A stretch of DNA of 51,962 nt from a virus (taxonomy: Duplodnaviria; Caudoviricetes). Of this stretch, positions 1-8,891 are shown piece after piece. The notes beneath the pieces were generated by a model, which saw only the letters and a list, made by a program, of their open reading frames with translations, did not search any database and had not been told where the DNA came from. The stretch is from positions 1 to 51,962 of the IMG/VR virus record IMGVR_UViG_3300012933_000077; one strand, given 5' to 3'. Position 1 is the stretch's first letter, and each line of letters begins with the position of its first letter. A program made the position numbers and the translations under genes.

Positions 1-1
1 C

Positions 2-322
2 TGTGAAATCAAACATACCGAACGGGTAATGGAACTTATGTGGTTCTTCTTTTGGATTTTCTCTGAAGTCTATAAACTTGATCGAAGTTTTATATGTTCC
101 ATTGCAATGAGGCATCCAGTCTTCGTCCTTCAACTCAAGTAAGTTTAAGAACTCATTAATGTGCCCGATTGTAGATTCACCGACGCCGATGATTGGAATG
201 TTTGGGGATTCAATCAAAGTCAACTTAACTTCTGGTAGCTGTTTACAGATAGCTGCAGCGGTCATCCACCCTGAGCTACCGCCACCGACGATGGTGACGG
301 AGTTTATTTGTTTCTTCATCAT
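2..322 (-). CDS. Flavin-dependent (tryptophan-type) halogenase, N-terminal part; runs off the left edge
   Basis: Not in the ORF track. Manual translation: MMKKQINSVTIVGGGSSGWMTAAAICKQLPEVKLTLIESPNIPIIGVGESTIGH...WMPHCNGTYKTSIKF...HYPFG. It shows the GxGxxG FAD motif, IGVGEST and the catalytic-Lys motif typical of PrnA-like enzymes. The ATG overlaps the upstream stop (TAATG). Confidence 0.9.
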   Translation of the reverse strand, partial: MMKKQINSVTIVGGGSSGWMTAAAICKQLPEVKLTLIESPNIPIIGVGESTIGHINEFLNLLELKDEDWMPHCNGTYKTSIKFIDFRENPKEEPHKFHYPFGMFDFT

Positions 323-1557
323 TATTTAAATTCTTTCTTTATCTGCAAGGCTGAATCAATATCTTGAAAACCGAAAGTGCGTTCGCACTCGTGGCAGTCC
401 CAACATTGGTTTCGGCAAGAAGATAATAGCTTCTCTAAACGCTTACCATTATCTGTACTCCAGATACCAGTGTAACCTTTATACGTTTTAGTGTAGTCGT
501 TTTTAACAGTTCTTGTGTCAATCCATCCTGGAACCCAGTCATGGATAGGTGCTAGGTTGTTTTCAACGATGGCTTCAAAACTGTCCGAATAAACAGACTC
601 ATGAGCGAATTTAATAACCTGTTTAAATCTGTCACCGCTTTTGTAGAACCAGACTGCTTTTAAAAATTCAGTATCTTCTAAGTTAGTTGCAGGTGTAGTT
701 AGGCGACCAGAGTATTTGAAGATGTCAACTAAGTCGAAAAACTTGTTGAACATATCTGAATCGTTTGCTACCAAGTCGATACCTGAACGTGGAAGATCAG
801 CGAATTGTTTTAAACCTCTCCAGCCGTTACACGACAGGTTAGCTGGACCAGCGAAATAGTCAGTGCTAATATGTTCACCGACCGCATCGTGTTCTTTCTT
901 AAACGGGCATCTGTAAATGCATGATTCCGCCACCAATAAAGATGTTAAAAGTTTCTTCTGGGGATTTTTACTGTTGAGGTAGTTTTGCGCTTCTCTAATT
1001 CGACGCAGTTCTTTAATGTTTCTATTTAAAGAACGGTCTAGTAGAATTGTGTTATACCCTAGATACGCATAATCAATGAGCTGTTGCGCATCGGCAACAA
1101 TTTGATTTACAGTAGACTTCCAACGCATGTCTGGACATCTAGCTTGTAGTTCTCCAGTGCGCATGATATGCTCTGAGCTAATGGTACAAGACCTTAACCC
1201 TCTGTCATAATATGAACCAATCCATTCAACAAACTTAGCTCGTATGTCGTGATCGAATACAACCTCGTTTGGAACTTCAACCGTGTTGAATGTTAGAGAT
1301 ATTTCAACTCCAGTTTCTTCTTGGAGTTTGAACAAGTAATCAACCTGTTCATCAGACGCCTGAACGCCCATGGCATTACCACAGCGTTTAGTTTGACCCT
1401 TGTATTCATACTCGAAATACTTACCAAAGTACACATCGTGGATGTTGTTCAAGTACGCTGGGTCAGCGTTCTTCATAATTCTGTAGTAGAAATCTGTATA
1501 CTCACCGTCAAATCTGTCAAAATGCGCAATTGAAAATCTCTTAGAGAATTTATTCAT
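322..1557 (-). CDS. Peptidase U32-like (Fe-S) family protein
   Basis: Motifs STVN..., LGY..ILLDRSLNRN, LLVAESCIYRCPF..H and FKYSGR, plus a C-terminal CxxxCxxCxxC, match the pattern of U32-family proteins. SD GAGGTG upstream. Confidence 0.65.
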   Translation of the reverse strand: MNKFSKRFSIAHFDRFDGEYTDFYYRIMKNADPAYLNNIHDVYFGKYFEYEYKGQTKRCGNAMGVQASDEQVDYLFKLQEETGVEISLTFNTVEVPNEVVFDHDIRAKFVEWIGSYYDRGLRSCTISSEHIMRTGELQARCPDMRWKSTVNQIVADAQQLIDYAYLGYNTILLDRSLNRNIKELRRIREAQNYLNSKNPQKKLLTSLLVAESCIYRCPFKKEHDAVGEHISTDYFAGPANLSCNGWRGLKQFADLPRSGIDLVANDSDMFNKFFDLVDIFKYSGRLTTPATNLEDTEFLKAVWFYKSGDRFKQVIKFAHESVYSDSFEAIVENNLAPIHDWVPGWIDTRTVKNDYTKTYKGYTGIWSTDNGKRLEKLLSSCRNQCWDCHECERTFGFQDIDSALQIKKEFK

Positions 1558-1592
1558 AAAAAGTTCACCTCATTAATCTATATAATATAATG

Positions 1593-1599
1593 TATTTAT
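1593..1599 (-). promoter_or_regulatory. T4-type late promoter (ATAAATA)
   Basis: CATAAATAC on the minus strand at the gene boundary upstream of the U32-like gene; the same core recurs at other gene boundaries. Confidence 0.55.
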
Positions 1600-2060
1600 G
1601 TTGGCAAATTTTGTGCTGTTTGTTCAGTTGTTAGAGATGGTAGAGTTGCAGCTGCTTGAGCTGATAACGAAGCAGCGTGTTGGATGTTCCACGCCATGAC
1701 AGCTTCTGGATCATCTTTCGGGATAGCTGCTTTTACTTGAGCAACGTGCGTAGCCCATGGACCATCTGGCGAAATTGTACCAGTAGCTGATAGCTCTTTG
1801 AACATCATATCCATTTGTTCACCGACGCCTTTATACGCCACCTGTCGAGCCACTCTATAACCTTCTTCTGCGAATCCTGGAATTGCTACAGGGTTGTGTG
1901 GTGTGAATGTATTTGTCGTTTGGTCATAAGTGTGAGATGTTACAACATCGTCTGGACACTCGACCCACTTAAAGTCTGAAGTTGTCTCAAACTCAGAACC
2001 TTTTTCAACAACGTCACATACTCTACCAACTTCAATCAAACTAATTAATGCGCTTTTCAT
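1596..2060 (-). CDS. Tail-fibre-associated protein (assembly/chaperone-like)
   Basis: YRVARQVAYKGVGEQMDMM..W...VK..IPK motif is shared with 7722..8042; located in the fibre cluster. Confidence 0.55.
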   Translation of the reverse strand: MKSALISLIEVGRVCDVVEKGSEFETTSDFKWVECPDDVVTSHTYDQTTNTFTPHNPVAIPGFAEEGYRVARQVAYKGVGEQMDMMFKELSATGTISPDGPWATHVAQVKAAIPKDDPEAVMAWNIQHAASLSAQAAATLPSLTTEQTAQNLPT

Positions 2061-2061
2061 C

Positions 2062-3423
2062 TTATCTATACTCCCAAATAAATACAGCGCCAGCGGTTCC
2101 TACACCACCAGCCCAGTTGTCGTTAGTTCTTCCGCCTGGTCCGCCGACGCCTGGGGCTGCCGTTCCGACCATTGACCCTGAACTGTTTCTATTGAATCCG
2201 CTGGCACCACCGAAATAACTACTACCACCACGAGCAGTTGCCGCATGGCTGTGGCTATTTGAGTGTCCAGTACCAGTACCACCATATAGGTTAATATCGC
2301 CACCGCTACCGTTGCCGCCATAACCACCTGTGTGGCTGAGGTTTCTGTTGGAACCATATCCACCAGAAGCTGATACATAAGATCCGAATGAAGAAGTTCC
2401 ACCGTCGCCACCTGCGGCATAATAACCAGTATTACTTCCACCACCACCCACTGTTACAGTGACAGTGCTAACTTGTTCAACGTTAATCAGTTTTTCAGCG
2501 TATCCACCACCGCCACCAGATTCACAGTAACCAGCGGCTCCGCCGCCACCACCGACAACCTTAACTAAAACTCTAGAACAATTGGTCGGTCGAATCCAAG
2601 TATATGTACCAGCCGAAGTCCATGACGACATTGAAATCATTTCGCCATGGTCTTTAGACATAGTGTTACCAGAAGTAGCCTGAACTGTACCATCGTTATA
2701 TACGATAGCCTCAGGTAAAACTGCTGGACTTGTCAAATCAACGTTCAACAAGTGTTCGATTGTTGGTTGATTACCATCAACGAGTTCAATTCTAGGTGAA
2801 TAGAACTGTAACCTTGTGGTTGAGTCTCCACAATAGTAGTGATATGTTCTATGCATACCAGTTGTAGCTGTGGCACTCCACTTACAATCCCATGGAATAT
2901 TTCCTATATTCGCAGAAACTTTACCACCGTTTTTTGACCAAATTCCAGTGTCTGGATGTGGAGCAGTGCCGATAGCCGTGGCTGTTGGGAATACATGACC
3001 TACGACTAGATACCATTGGTTTTGACTGAAGAATCCAGTAGTTCTATAATCAAAATATGGGTTAGTATTTGAAACACCGTCATGTAAACCAAGCACATCA
3101 TCTGCGCCGTTAGAGTGACAGCCCATATAAAATGTACCGCCACTTGTCGATGATATTCTTCTAACCCAAACGGAATAACGATATAATTTAGTTCGGTCGA
3201 TAAACACATGAGTACCTTCCCAACCACCGTCAGCGTCTGATGTTGAAGTTGGATAAGTACCCCAAACTAAAACAGATTGTCCATATGGACCAGTGTCATA
3301 GATTCTATTGTTCTCAGCAACAGTTCCGTTGATTGGGAAGTTATCTACTGTATTTTGCCCTGGCGTCCATGTAGACAAGTTAAGTAGGTTTAGGTTGTTT
3401 AGCTTTTTAAGTTGTACTGACAT
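2062..3423 (-). CDS. Tail fibre/adhesin: N-terminal beta-sandwich plus C-terminal glycine-rich domain
   Basis: C-terminal GT.TW..P..C..V.V.V.GGGGG...GAVFIWEY domain, paralogous to the next two genes. Confidence 0.75.
   Translation of the reverse strand: MSVQLKKLNNLNLLNLSTWTPGQNTVDNFPINGTVAENNRIYDTGPYGQSVLVWGTYPTSTSDADGGWEGTHVFIDRTKLYRYSVWVRRISSTSGGTFYMGCHSNGADDVLGLHDGVSNTNPYFDYRTTGFFSQNQWYLVVGHVFPTATAIGTAPHPDTGIWSKNGGKVSANIGNIPWDCKWSATATTGMHRTYHYYCGDSTTRLQFYSPRIELVDGNQPTIEHLLNVDLTSPAVLPEAIVYNDGTVQATSGNTMSKDHGEMISMSSWTSAGTYTWIRPTNCSRVLVKVVGGGGGAAGYCESGGGGGYAEKLINVEQVSTVTVTVGGGGSNTGYYAAGGDGGTSSFGSYVSASGGYGSNRNLSHTGGYGGNGSGGDINLYGGTGTGHSNSHSHAATARGGSSYFGGASGFNRNSSGSMVGTAAPGVGGPGGRTNDNWAGGVGTAGAVFIWEYR
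2341..2382. repeat. 42-bp exact direct repeat, copy 1 (copy 2 at 5136..5177)
   Basis: GTTTCTGTTGGAACCATATCCACCAGAAGCTGATACATAAGA, inside paralogous Gly-rich domains. Confidence 0.9.
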
Positions 3424-3427
3424 ATTA

Positions 3428-4849
3428 TTACTTATACGAATAAACTACAACAATACCGTTTTCGCCATATGCGACAGAACCACCACTACCATCATCGGTT
3501 CGTCCTCCTGGACCACCAGAACCCCAAGCGCCTGTGTATAGTTTAGTTACGGTGGTGTCTCTGCGTACAGTGGAAGATCCACCCCAGAACGAACCACCGC
3601 CAGTACCACCTGGATAATGACCGTGACTATTTCCGTGTCCAGTACCGCCACCACCGTATAGGTTAATTTGTCCACCAGACCCAACGCCGCCAGCGCCACC
3701 TGAGTGACTGTAGTTTTGATTCGCGCCGTATCCGCCAGAAGCAGATACATAAGAACCAAATGAACTTGTACCACCATTACCACCAGCAGCGTAGTACCCA
3801 GTGCTTGCACCACCTGCGCCAACCGTGACGCTTACTGTTGTGATGTTAGTTACATCGATCTCTTTTTCAGCATGTCCACCAGCACCACCTGATTCACAAT
3901 AACCAGCGGCTCCACCGCCACCACCTGTAACTTTAACTGAAACTTTTGTACAACCTTCAGGTTTAGTCCAAGTGAACGTACCAGCGCTCGCATATGATGT
4001 AATCGAAATAATTTCACCTTTAGATAAGCCACCGTCAGTTTTTACTTGGTTGGTTGAATCTTGATATGTTACACGCCCTTGGTATTGTTGCGTTGTTCCA
4101 TGGAATCTAGGACTTGTTGCATTATAAACTTGCAGACACTCAGCGTCAGTCAGTTGCCTATTCCAAGCACCGAACCAAGCGATGTCACCCCAATATTGAG
4201 CAGCTTGCATCGGGTCTGTACCAATATTATTACCATAAGCGCCAAGGGAATTAAACCCGTATTTGTAACCAGCGTTAGATGATGTGACAGAACCAACAAT
4301 AGTTCCTGGGGTGTCGTTGTAACTTAATTTAAATTGAGGTGATATAGAACTAAAACGGAATATAAGCATATTCCATCCATTAGTCGCATAGTTTGGAAGG
4401 CTCTGTTGACTATAACCAGTATTCTGAAAACCAGTACCGTTATTATTGTCATACGTGCCAATGTTCCAACTACCAGATGGACCAATGATAACATTATGAT
4501 CGGAACTAACACAACCTCTAGTCAGGGTTCTCCATTCGGCTGTGTTGTTCTTGATGCGTGTCCATACAATGTACGTCACGCTTCCTTGTTCTTTACCAAC
4601 CAGACCGATATCAGTACCTGACGACGCTTTGGCGCAACCGTATGATCCGTTGAAGTCCATAAACTTCACGCCAGAATTATTATATGCGTTTTGGTTGATA
4701 GTGAAATTATTTTTAAGACCGCTTAGATCATACCAAGTTTTTCCGCTACCATCAACGCCTGGATACGACTCCGTGTTTGCAGCATCTAACAAAACACAAA
4801 GTGCTTTTTTAGGAATATCTAATTGGGCTTTACCTAATGTTATTGCCAT
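3428..4849 (-). CDS. Tail fibre/adhesin: LamG/ConA-like lectin domain plus glycine-rich domain
   Basis: LLDAAN..SYPG...TWYDLSG and GDIAWFGAWNRQLT.AE..QVYNA are LamG-like signatures; Gly-rich C-terminus. Confidence 0.8.
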   Translation of the reverse strand: MAITLGKAQLDIPKKALCVLLDAANTESYPGVDGSGKTWYDLSGLKNNFTINQNAYNNSGVKFMDFNGSYGCAKASSGTDIGLVGKEQGSVTYIVWTRIKNNTAEWRTLTRGCVSSDHNVIIGPSGSWNIGTYDNNNGTGFQNTGYSQQSLPNYATNGWNMLIFRFSSISPQFKLSYNDTPGTIVGSVTSSNAGYKYGFNSLGAYGNNIGTDPMQAAQYWGDIAWFGAWNRQLTDAECLQVYNATSPRFHGTTQQYQGRVTYQDSTNQVKTDGGLSKGEIISITSYASAGTFTWTKPEGCTKVSVKVTGGGGGAAGYCESGGAGGHAEKEIDVTNITTVSVTVGAGGASTGYYAAGGNGGTSSFGSYVSASGGYGANQNYSHSGGAGGVGSGGQINLYGGGGTGHGNSHGHYPGGTGGGSFWGGSSTVRRDTTVTKLYTGAWGSGGPGGRTDDGSGGSVAYGENGIVVVYSYK

Positions 4850-4856
4850 ATAAACC

Positions 4857-5522
4857 TTATGTGTATGAGTATACTATAACGATACCAGCTGTACCATTTG
4901 AACCATACCAACCACCGTTCGATGGTCCACCAGCGCCACCAGATCCAGGTGCGCTAGTACCAACCCCGCCATAGTTAGCGTTGTGTGAAACTGCAAGACC
5001 TGTGCCGAAATATGTTTCGCCGCCACGTCCAATAGCACTACGACTACCGCTGGAACCATGTCCAGTACCAGTACCACCGTACACGTTAATATCGCCACCG
5101 CTGCCATATCCACCGTGACCGCCAGTATGCGCCACGTTTCTGTTGGAACCATATCCACCAGAAGCTGATACATAAGAACCGAATGAACTTGTGCCGCCGT
5201 CGCCGCCAGCAGCGTAATATACAACGTTACCGCCACCGCCACCTACTGTAACTGCGACCGAGTTAACAGCAGACACATCAATAACTTTTTCAGAGTAGCC
5301 TCCGCCACCACCTGATTCGCAATGATATGCTCCACCGCCTCCGCCACCTTGGACTTGAACTAGAACCTTCTTACAACCAGCTGGTTTATACCAAGTGCTT
5401 GTTCCGCTAGTGTATGTGTCAATTTTAATTAAAGCGCCAGAATCAGTTGTTGCGTCTACTTTAGTGTTTTGAGTAGACGCATCACTAAACGTGATACCAG
5501 TATTTGTTAACGATACGGACAT
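4857..5522 (-). CDS. Glycine-rich tail-tip/adhesin protein
   Basis: Short ITFSDASTQ N-terminus followed by the same glycine-rich domain. Confidence 0.75.
   Translation of the reverse strand: MSVSLTNTGITFSDASTQNTKVDATTDSGALIKIDTYTSGTSTWYKPAGCKKVLVQVQGGGGGGAYHCESGGGGGYSEKVIDVSAVNSVAVTVGGGGGNVVYYAAGGDGGTSSFGSYVSASGGYGSNRNVAHTGGHGGYGSGGDINVYGGTGTGHGSSGSRSAIGRGGETYFGTGLAVSHNANYGGVGTSAPGSGGAGGPSNGGWYGSNGTAGIVIVYSYT
5136..5177. repeat. 42-bp exact direct repeat, copy 2
   Basis: Identical to 2341..2382; a more diverged third copy lies near 3730..3780. Confidence 0.9.
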
Positions 5523-5524
5523 TA

Positions 5525-5977
5525 TTACACCCCTAGCTTGTCAACTCGTACTTTTAATTCTTTGATAGCTTCAATGATTAGTGGTATTAGTCGATCGTAT
5601 TGTACAGTCAAGTAGTCTTCACCAGAAATACTTGAACCGTCAGCGGCAATGTCAAACGGTGCAGGCTTGACGGCTTGAGGTTGAACCTTCTTAACGTCTT
5701 GGGCATACAAACCAACTTGCTCATCATAGTTGTTGTAACCGAATTGTTCTGCTAGTTTATTCTGAGTGTAAACAACACCAGTTAACTGTTCGACTTTGTC
5801 TAGAGCGTTTTTGATTTGCTCGACTTCTGTTTTTAATCTTTTATCGGAGTAATACGCTGTAATTTGGTTAGTCGCTCTAATCTCACCAGCTGTACCAGAT
5901 GCAGCAGTTCCAACGCCAATTGAGTTGGTTTGTTGGTTTGGGTTCATTACACCTGAAGATACTTTAGTTAATGACAT
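5525..5977 (-). CDS. Short fibre protein with C-terminal intramolecular chaperone (peptidase S74)
   Basis: YYSDKRLK...ALDKV..L.GV.Y...VGLYAQDV..VQPQAV...LTVQYDRLIPLIIEAIKEL. Confidence 0.85.
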   Translation of the reverse strand: MSLTKVSSGVMNPNQQTNSIGVGTAASGTAGEIRATNQITAYYSDKRLKTEVEQIKNALDKVEQLTGVVYTQNKLAEQFGYNNYDEQVGLYAQDVKKVQPQAVKPAPFDIAADGSSISGEDYLTVQYDRLIPLIIEAIKELKVRVDKLGV

Positions 5978-5979
5978 GT

Positions 5980-6300
5980 TTATTCCCCGTTGATTGTGTT
6001 GTTATCTTGAGTTTCCCACAAACATGTATCTGTGTTCAACACGGCATCTTCAGTGGGCTTAGGTGGGATGAATGCGTCTAGGTCTTTATCATACGTGTAA
6101 CCGACTGCTGCAAAATTCTTACGCAAGCCACCGCCGCCAGAGTTCTTAGTGAATACGTTAAAATATTCACCGCCGTGAGTATTATATGATGTTTGAATCC
6201 ATTCACTTGGAGACCCTACAGCCCCAGAATTAATGAAGTCTTGGTCTGCTACAATAACTTGAGTAACAATGCCATTTTCAACTTTTGCGAAATGTGCCAT
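5980..6300 (-). CDS. Conserved phage protein of tail-fibre regions
   Basis: MAHFAKV..GIVTQVIV...WIQTSYNT...RKNFA..GYTYD...DAFIPPKP family, common next to Gly-rich fibre genes. Confidence 0.7.
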   Translation of the reverse strand: MAHFAKVENGIVTQVIVADQDFINSGAVGSPSEWIQTSYNTHGGEYFNVFTKNSGGGGLRKNFAAVGYTYDKDLDAFIPPKPTEDAVLNTDTCLWETQDNNTINGE

Positions 6301-6308
6301 TTTATACC

Positions 6309-7718
6309 TTATAGATAAACTTTAACTAATACAATACCAGAGCCGCCAGAGCCAGAGCAAGAACCCCACCAAGCTTTTAGTGCAGCGTCTTCAGAAGCAC
6401 CACCGCCGCCACCGCCAGTTCCTGGGAGACCATTGATGCGGTTGATGTTGAACACGCCAGCAGCTTGTCCATACTCGCGAGCTGAAACACCGTTACCACC
6501 GCCACCTTGACCACCGACGCCTTGGGATAGTAGCGCTGTTGTTGAATAACTGCCGCCACCGCCACCGCCACCGAACCAACCACCTTCGCCGAACCAAGTT
6601 CCGAAGATTGCAGTTAGGTCTACGCCAGAGCCACCAGAGCCACCAGTAGAGTTGTTAGATGATACAACTGGTGCGCCACCAGCTCCGCCAGCTCCACCGC
6701 CACCTGCGCCACCATAGTTACCATTACCGCCACCATAACCACCAGAGTTACCTTTAGTGCTCCATCCAGCGTATGTTCCCTGATTAGATGCAGCGCCTTG
6801 AGTTAGAGCGTCAGTTGCGTTACGTGCGCCACCACCACCGCCAGAACCACCTTGTGTTGGACCAGCATAGTTATCAGAAGCACCACCGCCGCCACCGCCG
6901 TTAGCAGTAACACCAAAGGCGACTGTGTTATCACCCTTCATACCTGAAGTTGTTGCACTGTTCCACCCGTGGCTACGACCAGCGCCGCCAGCGCCCACGA
7001 TGATTGTATATGAACCAGCAGTTAGAGCGTGACCTTGTTTATAAGCTAGACCACCAGCACCGCCACCACCTTTACCTGTATCTTGGTCGCCATAACCTTG
7101 ACCACCAGCACCGCCACCACCGACCAATAAAATATCTGTAGTGATAGCTGTATCAGTGTAGAACACGCCACTAGATGTAAATGCGTGCAGTCTATATGTT
7201 GGAGTTTCAACAACTGTACCGCCAGTTGTATTTACCAAACTCTTAACAACTTGCCAACCTGAGCCATCATTAAACTCAATACATTTTCTATCAGTATTGT
7301 GTCTAAAATGTCCAATGACGTTAGTTCCTGGACGTTGTACTGTATTACCGCTTGGAATACCCATAGCGCCAGTACCGTTCGCATTAACAACATCATATTT
7401 TGAAGAAGTTACAACACCGTTAACGATAGTAGATGTGGTTACTGATGCATCGGCTGGAGTGATTGTAATACTCGTCGTACCCATAAATACACATTCAATT
7501 AGAGAGTTGGAAGGGGGCGCTTCCGAGAATGTGATTTGGTTTGTACCGACTGAATATGAAGAACTACTCTGTTTAACGCCGTCAACTGTGACGATCACAG
7601 AAGATGCAGTCGGAGGAGTTCTTGACAATGTAAATGATTGTGAGGAACCATTCCCCACAAACTGGTCTGATGTGTATTGAGAATACTTCGGTGCTGTTTG
7701 ACCTGTTAGTAGTGCCAT
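6309..7718 (-). CDS. Tail fibre/adhesin with glycine-rich C-terminal domain
   Basis: N-terminal F.GNGS...FTLS module, P.G.T.QRP..G..R.NT...W fibre repeat, long poly-Gly domain ending GSGIVLVKV. Confidence 0.75.
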   Translation of the reverse strand: MALLTGQTAPKYSQYTSDQFVGNGSSQSFTLSRTPPTASSVIVTVDGVKQSSSSYSVGTNQITFSEAPPSNSLIECVFMGTTSITITPADASVTTSTIVNGVVTSSKYDVVNANGTGAMGIPSGNTVQRPGTNVIGHFRHNTDRKCIEFNDGSGWQVVKSLVNTTGGTVVETPTYRLHAFTSSGVFYTDTAITTDILLVGGGGAGGQGYGDQDTGKGGGGAGGLAYKQGHALTAGSYTIIVGAGGAGRSHGWNSATTSGMKGDNTVAFGVTANGGGGGGASDNYAGPTQGGSGGGGGARNATDALTQGAASNQGTYAGWSTKGNSGGYGGGNGNYGGAGGGGAGGAGGAPVVSSNNSTGGSGGSGVDLTAIFGTWFGEGGWFGGGGGGGSYSTTALLSQGVGGQGGGGNGVSAREYGQAAGVFNINRINGLPGTGGGGGGASEDAALKAWWGSCSGSGGSGIVLVKVYL

Positions 7719-7721
7719 TGT

Positions 7722-8042
7722 TTAACCTTTTGGATATTTTTCTTTAACAGCTTGAATTTGTGCAGCCATTTCTTCTGGGAATAGTCCAGCTTTAAAAAGG
7801 GCGTCTAGTTGATCACCGATCGATGGATACTCATTAAGTCTTTGTGATCTATATTGAGACGCTTCCCAAACACCTTGCAAGCGATCCATTTCATCTTTGA
7901 TTTCTTTGTCTGAGAATTTTACTGATCCAGCCAAGAACGAGACTTTACCGTTAGCGTCAATATTGAATTGACAGTCTTGTGATAGTGAACGAATTGCAGT
8001 AAACTTCAAATTCTGCATCATCTTTTCATTTAGATTATCCAT
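7722..8042 (-). CDS. Tail-fibre-associated protein
   Basis: YRSQRLNEYPSIGDQLDAL...IQAVKEKYPK motif. Confidence 0.6.
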   Translation of the reverse strand: MDNLNEKMMQNLKFTAIRSLSQDCQFNIDANGKVSFLAGSVKFSDKEIKDEMDRLQGVWEASQYRSQRLNEYPSIGDQLDALFKAGLFPEEMAAQIQAVKEKYPKG

Positions 8043-8607
8043 TCTTAATCTCCATTACTGTGTGCATTTGAGAATACTGTTGACCGTTACCGTTAAAAAA
8101 TTGACCGTTTGAGTTGTTAAATCTACCAGTAACTCTAAACACAACTGAGGTGTTAACAGGGATTGATAATGCAATAGTCAAAGCGTGACGAGGAACCTTA
8201 TACTTATCAGAACCAACTGAGTTATAGTCTTCGTGCTGCGCTGCAGTTCTAATAGAAGTCCAAGTAGAACCACCGTTAGTTGAATACTTTGCCCCGATAC
8301 CAACACCATAAGCGGCGCTGTTTGTATCATCTGATGAGAATTGAGACGCAATAAAAAATGCGCTATTCGCACCCTTTGTAGTCAATGTGATATCTAACCA
8401 AGACAAATCCCACTCGTTGGAGTTACCAACGCTTCCCCAGTTATAGTTTGCGTTGTTATATTTAACTTGCAAGACAGAACCGATAGGCATAACTGTTGCA
8501 TCAACAGCGCTGGTGATTTTACTTCCAGCGATTGGTGCTATAGATGTACTTAGTAATTCACCGTTTGCGTTAGTAAGTAACCTAGCGATGTTTCTAGCGT
8601 TGCTCAT
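8035..8607 (-). CDS. Putative tail-fibre tip protein
   Basis: MSNARNIARL N-terminus, P.GSVLQV motif and TVMEI C-terminus, typical of small phage fibre proteins. Confidence 0.6.
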   Translation of the reverse strand: MSNARNIARLLTNANGELLSTSIAPIAGSKITSAVDATVMPIGSVLQVKYNNANYNWGSVGNSNEWDLSWLDITLTTKGANSAFFIASQFSSDDTNSAAYGVGIGAKYSTNGGSTWTSIRTAAQHEDYNSVGSDKYKVPRHALTIALSIPVNTSVVFRVTGRFNNSNGQFFNGNGQQYSQMHTVMEIKNG

Positions 8608-8610
8608 CTA

Positions 8611-8883
8611 TTATCCTTGTTTTAATTCAGCCATCTCAGCCAAGATGCGAACTTCGCGCTCTGCTGCAGACTCAATATCAGCGGCTAAGACGATGTCTTC
8701 TTTAGAACCAGTGATTGGCTCGCCAGCAGCTAACTTACGTTGAACTTCAGCGGTCACGATCTCTTCCATTGCAATTCGGCAACGCTCGTGAACCACGTTT
8801 TGAATCCAGTCGTTTTGATTGACAGCTGCAACTGATAGAGCTTTATCTTCAGCTGGAGATAATGTAATTGTATATTTTGCCAT
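8611..8883 (-). CDS. Hypothetical protein (fibre region)
   Basis: Start moved to the ATG at 8883 (MAKYTITLS), which has an AAGGA SD and avoids overlap with the upstream gene. Confidence 0.65.
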   Translation of the reverse strand: MAKYTITLSPAEDKALSVAAVNQNDWIQNVVHERCRIAMEEIVTAEVQRKLAAGEPITGSKEDIVLAADIESAAEREVRILAEMAELKQG

Positions 8884-8891
8884 ATTTATCC

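Noticed and set aside
2062-5522. Diversity-generating retroelement (TR/VR pair) suggested by repeats in adhesin genes
   Set aside because: All copies are in-frame parts of paralogous genes, the mismatches do not appear adenine-specific, and there is no reverse transcriptase in the window.
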